NCBI RefSeq assembly: GCF_964355755.1
Contig: NC_092673.1
Location: forward strand, 3,906,001-3,970,000
Source of the DNA: Antedon mediterranea
Lineage: Eukaryota > Animalia > Echinodermata
Direction of reading: 5' to 3'
Length of the DNA stretch: 64,000 bases
Numbering within the stretch: the first letter of the stretch is position 1; the number at the start of each line of letters is the position of its first letter. The notes under the pieces were generated by a model that saw nothing but the letters and a program-made list of their open reading frames with translations, did not search any database and was not told where the DNA came from. Shown here piece by piece: positions 1 through 12,600 of the stretch. Position numbers and translations under genes: made by a program.

Positions 1-1467
1 ATACTGTAAAAAATGAATGCAAAAAAGGTGGTTACTGTATAAAAAGTTTTTTTAAAATAAAGCAATACACTAACAGTAATTATTATAAGCAAAATGTACA
101 GTAGCTCTAGGTTTCCATTTTGTTTTTACTTTTTTAATTTTGACGTTGAAAATGTGGCAAGTATTATTCACAAACCATCTCACTATTTTGTATTGAGGTT
201 CTCCCAAGTGAAGATTTGTCCATATAAGAAAAATCTATTTATGACAGTGTATAGATTTTAACCAACTTAGATTTGACTAATTGAGGAGTGGGTCATATGA
301 AGTTCAAATATCATTACTACTAATATTTGTATAGATCAATATTAATAAATAAGTAAATAATTCTAAGATAAATGATAGCTTTATGAATACATACATGGCC
401 TTCTTTGTACTATAGATAGAAATAACTAACAATCCAAGAAATGTGTGTACTTGCCTCTCTACCTGTCTCCACCACACTACATACGGTATATCATTTTTAT
501 TATGCCTAATGACTTATTTTAAAATTCACATTTGTTCAAATTTTATATTCTTTTAACCTTCTTATAATAACTTTGCTATATAAATCAAAATAATATCTGG
601 CAATAAATTCTACAGTGTCTGAGATTTTCAATGAGTCTGGTACTGAGGAGAGAGTTTTGGCTAACTAAACTGTATTTTTTGTGTTAATACTAGATATATT
701 GAGATATTGGCTGTTTCTGTCTGATTAAGAGTACAAGGCTAAACCTGAAAAGAATCCTATTTAAACATCGTGTATTTTTTTTGATATTCAAAAATAGTAA
801 CTAGGATAAAATTATGTCAACAGAGTTGAATTATTCTTGCACAATAATACTTTTAAAAGATAAAATGAAACATATGTTCTAAAAGCTAATATAAGACAGA
901 ATTTTAATATGTATCAGTTATTTGAATCGAAAGCATCTATGTGCTGTACATTATTGACTGTAATAATATCATTTCTATTTTCATGTGTGCAAACGTCGAA
1001 TCATGTTGCATACATTTCAATCAATATAGTCTTCTAAGAATCCATTTACGTTAAATGGAGAATGGTTAGAATATATTTTATAATGCAGAATCCATCTATC
1101 ATCTTCAACCATCATTTTATAACTTTCTGCATCTTTGCTTTCTCATTTGTACAAATCTCTACCTTAGGCTTGCTTGCACTAAGATGTTTTGATATTAACT
1201 GTGTTGTGTGCCAATTATATTTTGAGGTTCACGGTATTAATAGTTAGTCTATTAATGTGTGTCTCATTTACAATGATAATTGTACGATTATTAATCGTAC
1301 ATTAGGGAGTTGGGTCTTGCAAGGTCACCTATTTCTACCTCATCTGGTCATTGCATTAATTAAGAAAAATTATGCAATGAGAATTGTGAAGATTTGTTTG
1401 GACATAAACATCTTGCCATAGGCCTACATCATTGATAATTTACTAAACAATTTACAGTATGGTTCAC

Positions 1468-1570
1468 TAGTCTATTTCGTGCCTAGCTTACCTAGATAAA
1501 CCGACACTTGCTCTATCTCTCCGACGAGTAGTACTGTTGAGCACCCTTATCAAATAATAGTATACTACTG
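1468..1570 (+). mobile_element. Family F element, 5' fragment
   Basis: tagtctatttcgtgcctagcttacctagataaaccgaca. Confidence 0.7.
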
Positions 1571-2392
1571 ATTGATGGATGTTTCAGATAATTCTTATTA
1601 CTGTAGATATTATTTGATATTCTTAAATACTTGTATTTGTAGGTTAATTGGGCATTTTCAGTATGGTCTATTGAGATGCTTGTGTTTTTGTCTAGATTAA
1701 ATTAAATTAAAACATTTAAAAACCCCAGCCTATATATTAAATACAGTTACTGCTTAGTATTTTTTTAAATAAATCTATACAACATACATTTCCATGAATT
1801 AACTTATAAAAAGATGTGGTATTGATAACAAAAAAGTAGAAATTTAGCCTATGGGAAGTTTTGTGGTAGTGGGCCCAGCAGGTTGTTTATTTTGTCTTCT
1901 GACCGTAAGGTCATAAAATATGAATATACCGATCCGATTTCTTTTTGTTTTTCTGTACTATTACTTGAATATAATTTTTACCATCAATCCTGTTTCTTGT
2001 TTTCCTACTGTATGTATTCAGATTTTGTAAATAAATGTCTATTGAACCATACTAAATGATGTCAAGAGTGTATTACAAATGTATAACCCAACCTTGAGTC
2101 ATTAACCCTACTTCCATGCATCATTTCCATGGATTCATACTACAGTAACCCAATCCATATTTTTTCTTTATTTATACTCACCATATAAACCGTTTATTAC
2201 TGTACCCGAGTCAGTAATAATGTATCATATGGTTTAGGACATCTGCATATCAAGCAGAAGGTTCCGGGTTCGAATCTTGTTTAGGACAACTCATTCTCAC
2301 AGATTTCCTTTATCGTTTCAAATGAATTAAATTTCAGTTCACTGGGCGGTTTAGAATTAATGTGCCTGTTGTGTTTATATTATTAATAATTA

Positions 2393-2545
2393 TAAATCGA
2401 AAGGCAAATTACTGAAAGAAATGCTGTGAGTATTGGTGGCTGGATCTCAATGGAGGATACAAAATAAAATAAGCAGAAAGCTAAATCAAAACGATAAAGT
2501 AAAACGGCTAGAAAAATTAGCATCAACACTATTAACCCTTTATAA
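2393..2545 (-). mobile_element. Copy of the 40202 Penelope-like repeat; ribozyme part degenerate
   Basis: aaggcaaattactgaaa...gtggctggatctcaatggag...aaatcaaaacgataaagtaaaac. Confidence 0.6.
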
Positions 2546-2814
2546 TTATAATATATTTTGTATATTTTTAAATACACTTGTCATATAGTACTTGGCATTC
2601 ATCATCATGTCCTATTAAATGTTGGCTAGAAGCATTGTACTTTGAGTGTGTAATCTTTGGTGACTAATAAAATACAGGAAGAGCATCATAGTTTGTCACT
2701 CGGATTATAGAGGGCAATGTTTATAGACTATTTGGAAAAATAATATTGAATGACCAAAATTATTGATTCTGTGAACTCATCTTTTATCACCAGTAATTGA
2801 GTTTATGTAACCAG

Positions 2815-3410
2815 TAGAGACTATTTAAAATCAGATCTCTTGTCTGTGAGGCTATTTTAAGTCTGATCTCTTTCTGTGAGGCTATTGTAAGTCTGATCTC
2901 TTGTCTGTGAGGTTATTGTAAGTCTGATCTCTTTCTGTGAGGCTATTGTAAGTCTGATCTCTTGTCTGTGAGGCTATTTTAAGTCTGATCTCTTTCTGTG
3001 AGGCTATTGTAAGTCTGATCTCTTGTCTGTGAGGCTATTTAAAATCTGATCTCTTGTCTGTGAGGCTTTTTATGTCTGATCTCTTGTCTGTGAGGCTATT
3101 TTATGTCTGATCTCTGTCTGTTAGTGTGAGGCTTTTTTTATGTCTGATCTCTTTTATCTATGAGGCTATTTTAAGTCTGATCTCTGTCTGTGAGGCTATT
3201 TTTAAATCTGATATCTGTCTGAGGCTATTTTAAGTTCGATCTCTGTCTGTGAGGCTATTTTATGTCTGATCTCTGTTCGTGAGGCTATTTTATATCTGAT
3301 CTCTATCTGTAAGGCTATTTTAAGTCTGATCTCTTGTCTGTGAGTGTGAGGCTATTTTAAGTATGATCTCTGTCTGTGAGGCTATTTAAATTATCTCTTG
3401 TCACTGAGTT
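2815..3410. repeat. About 30-bp minisatellite (gtgaggctattttaagtctgatctcttgtct)
   Basis: roughly 19 degenerate tandem units. Confidence 0.93.
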
Positions 3411-4208
3411 GTCATGAAACATAATATGAATTTAAAATTAAATTTATTTTGAAATATTCAACATAAAAATACATCTTTTATTATTAAAAATCATTAAATT
3501 ATACAGGCTATATTATTATGAAGTAACAATAGAATCATGTATGCCGTAACTATCAGATTATATTTTCCATAGAGTGTGTCTTGATTATTTATTCTATAAT
3601 TATATTTTGACTGTAAATTGATATACTACCTGGACTCATCTGTATGCATGATTAATTTTACTGAACTACAGAGTGATTTTCCATTGACATATTTTCTTAT
3701 CTACTGAAATCAAAGTAATTTTATCATCAATGCATGCATCAAAATAAAATGAAGGATGATGGAAAAGATAAAGATGATAGAAGTCAAAATAATGATGATT
3801 CATGTATGGGTGCTAGGAGGATGAAGATGATAAGGAAGTCAGTGAGAATCTTATCTTAATATTTATAAAGGATATTGGTTTTTGGAGATATCAAATACAT
3901 GATGACATGAAATGATGATCAATTAGACAAAATTTATTTTCCATTAGGGGTAATAATGATATCATTGACGATGAATGCTTATGTGTTGCTAATCATGTTT
4001 ATTAATGTAGTCTTAATGAGTTCAGTCTCAAGCGCAAATTATAGATGATTTTAAGATCGTATTAATGGATGTTGTTAAGATGATAATAATGGCTATAGTA
4101 TAACTGATACAATTATGATAATGTAATATTAACGACATTTTATACTGTATACACACTATTAGGACTCCTTGGATTTTGGAATACGGTAAAGAAAAAAATT
4201 ACTGCTTC

Positions 4209-4420
4209 GTATCTATGCGTAGCCTTTCGTAGCCTACGCGTAGGTATCTATGCGTAGCCTTTCGTAGCCTACGCGTAGGTATCTATGCGTAGCCTTTCGT
4301 AGCCTACGCGTAGGTATCTATGCGTAGCCTTTCGTAGCCTACGCGTAGGTATCTATGCGTAGCCTTTCGTAGCCTACGTGTAGGTATCTATGCGTAGCCT
4401 TTCGTAGCCTACGCGTAGGT
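4209..4420. repeat. 35-bp tandem repeat x6 containing palindrome CCTACGCGTAGG
   Basis: near-identical units tatctatgcgtagcctttcgtagcctacgcgtagg. Confidence 0.95.
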
Positions 4421-4547
4421 AGATCGTAGGTCAGCCCAAGAATTGGATAATGTGCTTATTGTAGCTTTTAAACCTAATGATTCTTCTTTGTATTGTTGAT
4501 AACATGACAAAATCAATTTATCATTTATTTATGGGACATAACTACTT

Positions 4548-4795
4548 TAGTCTATATCGTCCCTAGCTTACCTGTATAAACCGACAATAAAAGAAAATGA
4601 TGACGGTGGTACGTTGCTACGTTCCCACATGAGGGCGTGGTTGCGGACTGGTCCATTATAATACAGGGGTGTTTTATGAACCTTTCACTTTCGTATCTAA
4701 AGCCCTCCCTCTGGAGAGCACGGGTTATTGTCGGTTTATACAGGTACTGTAAGCTAGCACTCATAGACTACTAATACCACTAACTGGTTTGTGTA
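4548..4795 (+). mobile_element. Family F element: asymmetric inverted arms plus 3' tail; core inverted relative to other copies
   Basis: arm 4548-4590 pairs with 4725-4770; tail ..ccactaactggtttgtgta. Confidence 0.78.
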
Positions 4796-6189
4796 ATTAA
4801 TTAATTAATTAATACTTCTACTGTATACTAAGGTTCCATTCTTATTGAGTCTGCGAGGTACTGTACTGTAGTATAAGACCAAAATTTTTGGTTTACATGG
4901 CAGAAAAGCTAAATTTCTAAATTTATTAAATAGCATTGTGTAATACGTTAAATCATAAAAAAGCAGTAAATAATACAAAAATTATTTTGACATTTAAAAT
5001 GGATTTTAACAAATATGGTTTTCATATTTTAGTAAGCCTTCCATAAACCATTTTTACATCATTGTTATTTATTATTTTTATAACTGAGAGTACTTTGATA
5101 TTTGCGTGGATATATATCAGTATACTGCAGATGATCTAGTTGTTGCAATTAATGCTAAAGACCAGGTCTTTTGGGATTTTGCACAAATAATATTTTTATA
5201 TTTATTATCCAACATCAAAGGAAAACATTTTGAAAGAAAATGACAATGCCGTCACTGTGGGATGATATTTGACGATATAGATTTTTTTATATGAATTAAC
5301 ATTGTCAATGTTATTCTCCTATATACTTAGTATACTGTATCTATCAGGTTCAGTGTTTGAATGATTAAAGCAGGGGTTCTGTAATCTAATAGAATTGGGG
5401 TGGGGTCAAACTAGTCCATTATCAAGCCTGGGCATTTAAAGAACCCATCATATCTTTCATGAGGATTCACGAGTTTATCCAGGTATTCATTCATCCCCTC
5501 ATTGTTACAGGAGTTATATGGTGCATACTGTTCTAGTTTGGTCCCTTTATTGTTTCCATAAATAGTATTTTTTTAATAAATCATACTTTTAAATCATACA
5601 GCTCAATCTTGTAGAGCTAGTGATGTAGATGAATATGTACAATAGCTTTTTCTAAACTTACTAATGCACGGTGTTGTTAGTATTATCAGGAACTATAACT
5701 ACATGTAGCTTCACTATCTGATTACGATCATTAATAGTGCATACTATTGCACGCCATGTGACCCATAATCATCCAATCAAATGACAAGAATTTATTATAT
5801 TATATATTTTCCAATAACCAATGCTATGCATGTTCATGAAATATCCTTATGCTATACTATAAGTATTCATGAATTCTTACAAAATCATGATTTATTATGA
5901 GATATAATTAGGAATAAATTGGTTGAATACTTAAGAATAACATATGATGTCATAAGTCGAAAGTTATACATCAATTTGATTATTACTATTTATCTGTTAA
6001 AGGCGGCATACTCACATGTCCCCATTGACTAATAATGTTGTCGGCAAACTGGTTAAAACATTTAATTACACATGATTTAATTTATTTGTGACTGTTTACA
6101 TAGATTTATCAGTACGGTGAATTTGATGTCTTATTATTACATAGTAGGTTAGGTGAATGTCGTTAATACGACCATTTACACGCATCATC

Positions 6190-6625
6190 ATCGTCATTCT
6201 CATGAAATCATCATGTCATAATCATCACATTTATTCTCATTAAATCATCATGTCATAATTATCACATTTATTCTCATGAAATCATCATGTCATAACGTCA
6301 CATTTATTCTTATGAAATCATCACGTCATAATCATCACATTTATGCTCATGAAATCATCATGTCATAATCATCACATTTATGCTCATGAAATCATCATTT
6401 CATAGTCTATAACGTGACTAGCTTACCTGGATGAACCGACACGGCCGATCCATCCAGGTAAGCTATCATTCATAGACTACCAACACCACTATTGGTTTGT
6501 GTAATCATCACATTTATTATCATGAAATCATCATGTCATAATCATCACATTTATTATCATGAAATCATCATGTCATAATCATCACATTTATTATCATGAA
6601 ATCATCATGTCATAATCATCACATA
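6190..6625. repeat. 37-bp tandem repeat interrupted by a family F element
   Basis: ttattctcatgaaatcatcatgtcataatcatcacat units. Confidence 0.93.
6403..6503 (+). mobile_element. Family F element, core-less copy inserted in a 37-bp satellite
   Basis: both arms and tail present; interrupts a satellite unit at ca(TA)atc. Confidence 0.82.
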
Positions 6626-6795
6626 ATGAGGATGAGTGCCATAATGAGGATGAGTGCCATAATGAGGATGAGTGCCATTAATGAGGATGAGTGCCATAAT
6701 GAGGATGAGTGCCATAATGAGGATGAATGCCATAATGAGGATGAGTGCCATAATGAGGATGAGTGCCATAATGAGGATGAGTGCCATAATGATGA
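6622..6795. repeat. 18-bp tandem repeat (cataatgaggatgagtgc), about 9 copies
   Basis: direct inspection. Confidence 0.95.
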
Positions 6796-6884
6796 ATCTA
6801 CAACATAATGTTCATCAATTCAAAGTGATGCAAAAAGATTTACTTTAAAAAAAAAGATACGAAATTCACTTTCACATGAACGAT

Positions 6885-7065
6885 TAGTTTATTTCGTGCC
6901 CAGCTTACCTGGATAAACCGACATTTGCCTATTCGCTCCGAGAAGAGAACTACAACTCGAATATATAAACAATTTTTTAACACCCCTGTCAGATAATGGT
7001 ACATTCCATGAACCCTGCCCTTAAGTGGGAACATCCCAACACACCACCATCAACATTTCTTTTCT
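6885..7065 (+). mobile_element. Family F element, left arm plus core
   Basis: tagtttatttcgtgcccagcttacctggataaaccgaca...acacccctgt...gtgggaac. Confidence 0.72.
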
Positions 7066-7812
7066 TTGCAGAAGAACCATCAATTTTACATGGAAATTAG
7101 TATTTACTTGCTGTGTATATTCCATAATATATGTTGTTAATGTTGTACTACCTTTAATTTAATTGCTAACGTTAATAGAAAATCAATTTTGCATGTGATA
7201 ATATGCATTACAGTCATTAATACAAAAAATTAAGTTTGCAGTTGGATTATATTACACTCAAGCATCTTTTAAATTAATTTTGTCGGTACGAAATAAATCG
7301 TCATTTAATATAAGCAAGACATTCAACATCATTCTAGGTCAAGATTTTTATGCTCACAAAGTCACTAGTTCAATAAAAATAAATTAAAATAGCATTTATG
7401 AAATTGTTTAAAGGAAAAAAGTGAGAAAAACATTTAAAAATCTTGTTACTGATGTGAGAATAAATTACTTTGTTACTCCCTTAGGAAAAAATAGATATAT
7501 TCGAAACTATGTACGGTGTTAAGGTTACATCTAGGGCATGTTCAAATATCTTTATATGTTAATATTAAAATTTAAAGAATATACTGCACTGCTAGGGATT
7601 ACATCATTTTATCGACTTTTAAAGTGATTTTAAATACCAAATATCTACCTAACCCCTAGATTACAGTAAAACCCCTAAATAAATTACCTTAACCCTATAA
7701 TAATTAAACCCAACCAACTAAACTGAACCTACTGTAAGGTAACCCTAAAATTGTGCGGCAAATTGTTGGCAGCCGTAACCAATGGATCCCTTTTGGCATC
7801 ATTTTATGATCA

Positions 7813-7964
7813 AGCTTAATTCCGACTAGAGATGCTATGCAAGGACGTAAACGCAAAGCCAGCAATGATGAGCGACAATTCGAATAATCCATCACCTGCG
7901 ATAGGTCAAATCACTTGCGTTGGCCTATACGTTCTTGCGTTGTGTCTCTAGTCAGAACCAAGCT
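7813..7964. mobile_element. MITE family B, diverged
   Basis: shares gcaaggacgtaaacgcaa and cacttgcgttg with the 28577 copy. Confidence 0.75.
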
Positions 7965-8836
7965 TAAGGAGAAAAATTTAATAATTCAACAAAATTGTCT
8001 GCACCACTTTTTGTTGAGTAGAACAGATTATTTTAAGGGTTACATTAGGTTCAGTTTACGGCATCTCTAGTCATAACCAAGCTTAAGGGGGAAAATGAAA
8101 TAATTCAAAAAGGTATTCATTGGTTACAACAAAATTGGCCGCACTATTTTGTTGAGTAGAACAGATTATTTGCAGTAGGTTCAGTTTACAACCTTGTGTT
8201 GCGTCTGTAGTGGGAACTAAGCATTAAAATAACCATCCAATTGTGCAACATATCAAAACTTTGTCATGTATTAAGCTTACAATTAAAAGAATTGCCTCTG
8301 GATACATATTGATTTGCTTCGTTCAAGTTATTGTTATCATTTCCTGATTTCAATTGATTGATTGTAATTTCCCAGACGAGAATGATATTTTGTGTCATTT
8401 ATATCTACCCGCGTTGCTGTTTTAACCCTTCTTTAAAAATGTCATTTTATTCTCCAAAGCGTTTTTAGACGTTTAGAAGTATGCGTGATGTATGTGCGCT
8501 ATAAATCAGCAAAATAATACAGTTGAAAAAACAGAATGTCTATTGCATCTGGCGACGTTCATCTACAGTAATTGTTATTTTATCTTGTTATTTTTCTAGT
8601 ACTGTATTTCATTTAGATAGACATGCAAGATTCAGTTTTGTGCAATTGAAATTTAATTATATTTTATTTGAAACGTTGAATTTATTGGGTTATAACTCGA
8701 AACAGTTGTGAATGATTTGCTTGAATTTTTTAATTTTTTGTTTCTTAATAATAGATTAGAATAATAGACAATAAACACAGACAGATTTTTTTAAATTTGT
8801 AATTATTTAAATAACATGTACAGGTATGCTCCATAA

Positions 8837-8997
8837 AGCTCTGTCTACACTATCAAACTTTATGCCACAAAAAAATGTGATGTGCCCATATATGGACATG
8901 ATGATGTCATCACTACCATTATTGGGCACATAACACTTTTTTTTGCCAAACTAGTTTAATATATTATGGGATAGTTAGGGATAGTGTAGACAGGGCT
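8837..8997. mobile_element. MITE family A (PIF/Harbinger-type)
   Basis: TIR AGCTCTGTCTACACTATCAAACT, TAA on both sides, internal 21-bp unit. Confidence 0.85.
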
Positions 8998-9558
8998 TAA
9001 CTGTGATTTTTACCTTTTCCATTTGTGTTATCAAATAGATACAAAAAAGACATTATAAAGAATAATTGTACACGAAATAATTTTTTTTAAAGCTTGTTAC
9101 GTATGCCTCTAACCTTGATATATTTTAGACATTTATTTTCACGACATGTGAAACTGAATTTGATAGATGTTAGGCTTTAGGAAACAGCGGATATAATTAA
9201 GGTGTTTGTGTAATTGCTTTTCTGTGTAGTACTGTATGTATGTAGGTTGGCTTATTTTGTATTAGCATTTTAAAATGTTGGTCTATTCCTGCTTTTTAAA
9301 TGTATTTATTTATTATTATCCTAATGTAACTAGTTTTAGTAGCCTCTAATAGCAAGCCCCCTAGGGTTACTTAGAGGTCCCTTTCATCTTCTTTCAATTT
9401 GTTTTACTCCTATTCGTTATGTGATTGTTTTGATGAGATGAATAAAGAGATTGATTTGAATTTACCCTTCAACAGAACAGAATTTATAGACATCTTTTAA
9501 GTTGTTTGTGTGTTTTTATATTAAAAATATTTGAACTCTTAACGTTTGTATCTTTCAG

Positions 9559-9638
9559 TTTTACAAGATTCTCATTCAGGGTTGATTCCTGCTAAATTTG
9601 GCTTCCTACTTCTTGTGCACACATGTCCTGAGTGTATT
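9559..9638 (+). CDS. XYLT-like exon (LQDSHSGLIPAKFGFLLLVHTCPECI)
   Basis: tctttcag acceptor, gtaagt donor; first GT14 beta-strand motif FLLLVH; starts in phase 1, so upstream exons are missing. Confidence 0.85.
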
Positions 9639-12600
9639 GTAAGTATCTGTGGATTTAAGCCTTGTCTACACCATTAAACTTTATGTAACAAAAAAAAAAT
9701 GCGCCTATATATGGATATGATGATCACTACCATATTTAGATATATCACTACCATATTTGGGCACATCAGACTTTTTTTGTCGAACTAATTTGATAGTGTA
9801 GATACTGTGGAGCTTTAGAAAACATGTTTCTCAAGTTGATTGACTCAGCAGCAGTAAGGCAGGGGAGCTGCAAACAGTCGCTATACAATCAGCAGAGGTT
9901 CAAAGCTGTTCTTCAACATGGTTCTGGTTGTAGAACAAGTCTTTTGAGAACTGAATCTTCTTTTCAATCATATATCCCACGTGTTACCAGAATTTGGAAT
10001 AACTTACCCAGTGAAATCTGCAACTTAAATATTTCTGTTAGTTCTTTTAAAACCAAATTACTTAATTATCTCAATATTTATTTTTTAAATAATTTTGATA
10101 TTGAAAATGTGTGTAGTTGGTCGCTTTCTTGTCGATGCTTTTATTGTAGAACGTAATTTTTTTTTTTTTCTGTTCTGGGGTGACCAACTAGCATAGGTGT
10201 TTAGCACCTGTTTGATCTTTCCGTGCCTCCTTTTATAATTGTTTTTGTCTTCATTGTTTATGTATATGGCAGAAATTGAATAAATAAAAATAAATAAAGA
10301 CAAAAAGCTGGAGATCCAGTGTACAAATTTTGATTTCTTCTTATAGATATCTATATTATCTCATTCTCAATTATTATTTTTTATTTTATTTGACTAAAAT
10401 ACTAAAGAAAAGTTTACAAGAAACAAGAAGAAATACATTAACAATACAAATAAAAATTTAACAAAAATATACATCTAAATCCCTCCTTTGAGTAGACCTA
10501 AAGTAGACGCTTTACTGTGAAGGGACACTTATATTAAGGAGCCCTATGAATTATTTATTCATTTTAATACCATTATGATTTATTTACAAACATCCTGACC
10601 TCTGTCTACAGTACAGTCGACCTTCTCATTTACATACTTCTCAATTACGAACCTTCTATTTTAGGAATGCCGTTCCAACGATGACGTCATCAGTAATATA
10701 ATAAAACTTTTACATATCTACGAATTTATTATCTTCTTAATTTATTAAACTATCCCAAAACAATTATTTCATAACTAAAGCAAAGCTTATTAAAAACGAT
10801 CCACGATTTATTTCTAGTTTAAAAGTTGCCTAGGCCGTTTAGCTAAGCCTAGGCCGTTTCATTTTCATTCAAAACTTCTCATTTACGAACTTTTTCATTT
10901 ACGAACGCCTTTCAGACCAAGGGGTACATAAATGAGAAGGTCGACTGTATACTTTAAATCATCTCTCTACCATTGACCACTTGGCTCTATTATCTTCTTG
11001 TATTCGCTAGGGACAGCCACTTTGATTTAATTCCAACAATTATTTTAATCAACGTTACAATAACGTTATCAATCAAATTAATGAATTATCTTTAGAATAA
11101 TTTAGAAGTCCACTTCAGATTCTACACTCAACGGAGGAATCGGAAGTTGTTCATTACCGTTTAATGTGTTTGGTTTATTCGTACATAACGTCATTGACAC
11201 GTTATTTCAGTTTAAAGTAAACATTTAGAGACTATGTTGCGGAGAAGAAGCTGGCTCAGATAATTGCCATTAGTTGCGATCCAATGGTTGTGTTACGTAG
11301 TTAAATACTTAAATGCTTAGTTAGACATATCAATTACAATAACCAATTTGTAAATTGAAATATTTTGTTGTTTATATGCACTCATTGGTAAGTTTGAAAA
11401 TATACACATGATTGGTGAAGTGAAATTAACAACTTGTAATACGATTGTGGGTTGGTGATAAAAAGTAGGATATTTTTAATCCAATTTTGAATCAAAGGCA
11501 CCAACAAATAAAAATACAGTTAGATCTTTAGATGCATGCAACCTGGTGGGCTTCTTCTGAGTTTTTACCCCAGCTCTCTAGATAAAACTTCGCTTATGCT
11601 TCTAAAGGAAACTGAAAAAAAAGTAAAAAGACCACCAAAAGACTGAAAGAAAATTGAATAATCCAAATAAAAACAGATTTAAGAAGAAAAAATGTAGACT
11701 TTAACACAATAAAAAAACATAAAAAATATGGAAACATGGAAAGTGTAATGTCGGAATGACGGAAAACGTTTCAAGACAAGAGAGAGAGTTTTGCTTCTGA
11801 TGCTATTCCAGAAGGAATCTCCAGGTTACAAAGAATCAATTCTTTAAGAATCCATTTGTTAACTTTAAGCAAGCTATTGTAGATGCAAGCGTCTTTAATT
11901 ATTAGTTATACTATAGACATTTCCAGAGTCACAAAATCTTACAGTTTGCTAACAAAGAATTAGTCAAACCTATTGAACAGAATATCTAAAAATTGACTTA
12001 TTATTAATGTTATCATCCTGGTATGTTGAATTCTTACATTTCCGCATTCATTTGTTTCTCTCAACAAGATAAAACTTCTTCTCACCTGTTCTCATAATCT
12101 CAATGTCATCCAGGTAAAATGCATCAATTTAATTATATAACAACCTTAATAGGCTAAATGTATCTGAGTAAGAAAGGTGTTTGTAATAGTCATTTTCTAA
12201 TGTGTATGTGTGTGTGTGTAAATGGACTATCCTTGGCCTTCCCCTTAAGCGCTGTCTAGACTATCAAACTTTGTGACAAGAAAATGTGATGTGCCCATAT
12301 ATGGACATGATGATGTCATATCACTACCATATTTGGGTATATCACTACCATATTTGAGAACATCACACTTTTTTTGTCAAACTAGTTTGATAGTGTAAAC
12401 AGAGCCTTATTTATCTCCACAAGTTAAAGAATCTCTCCAGTGGGATACTATTATTAAACACTATACAGGTGTGTTGCTAGATAGTGGGTTTAGTAGAGTA
12501 GGTTTTGCATTGGTTCTTAAACTACTCAAAATATGCTAAATGAACTGTGGTTAAAATTTACAATATTAAAATCTCAAAATATTCTAATAGTTTTTGTTTA

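Noticed and set aside
1486-1500. CTTACCTG resembling the U1 snRNA 5' end
   Set aside because: The match is limited to about 8-9 nt within family F arms; no U1 stems or Sm site
2225-2290. tRNA-like segment with B box GGTTCGAATC
   Set aside because: No complete cloverleaf; more likely a decayed SINE head, as at 26525 and 49441
3740-3850. Purine-rich stretch resembling an acidic coding exon
   Set aside because: No acceptor/donor pair giving the phase-1 junction needed for the 9559 exon
4209-4420. CRISPR-like look of palindromic 35-bp repeats
   Set aside because: No unique spacers, no cas genes, eukaryotic context
6596-6808. (NEDECH)n / (MALILI)n ORFs
   Set aside because: 18-bp tandem repeat; no exon boundaries
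11520-11930. Possible LINE 3' remnant on minus (FWNS-like)
   Set aside because: Only one weak motif
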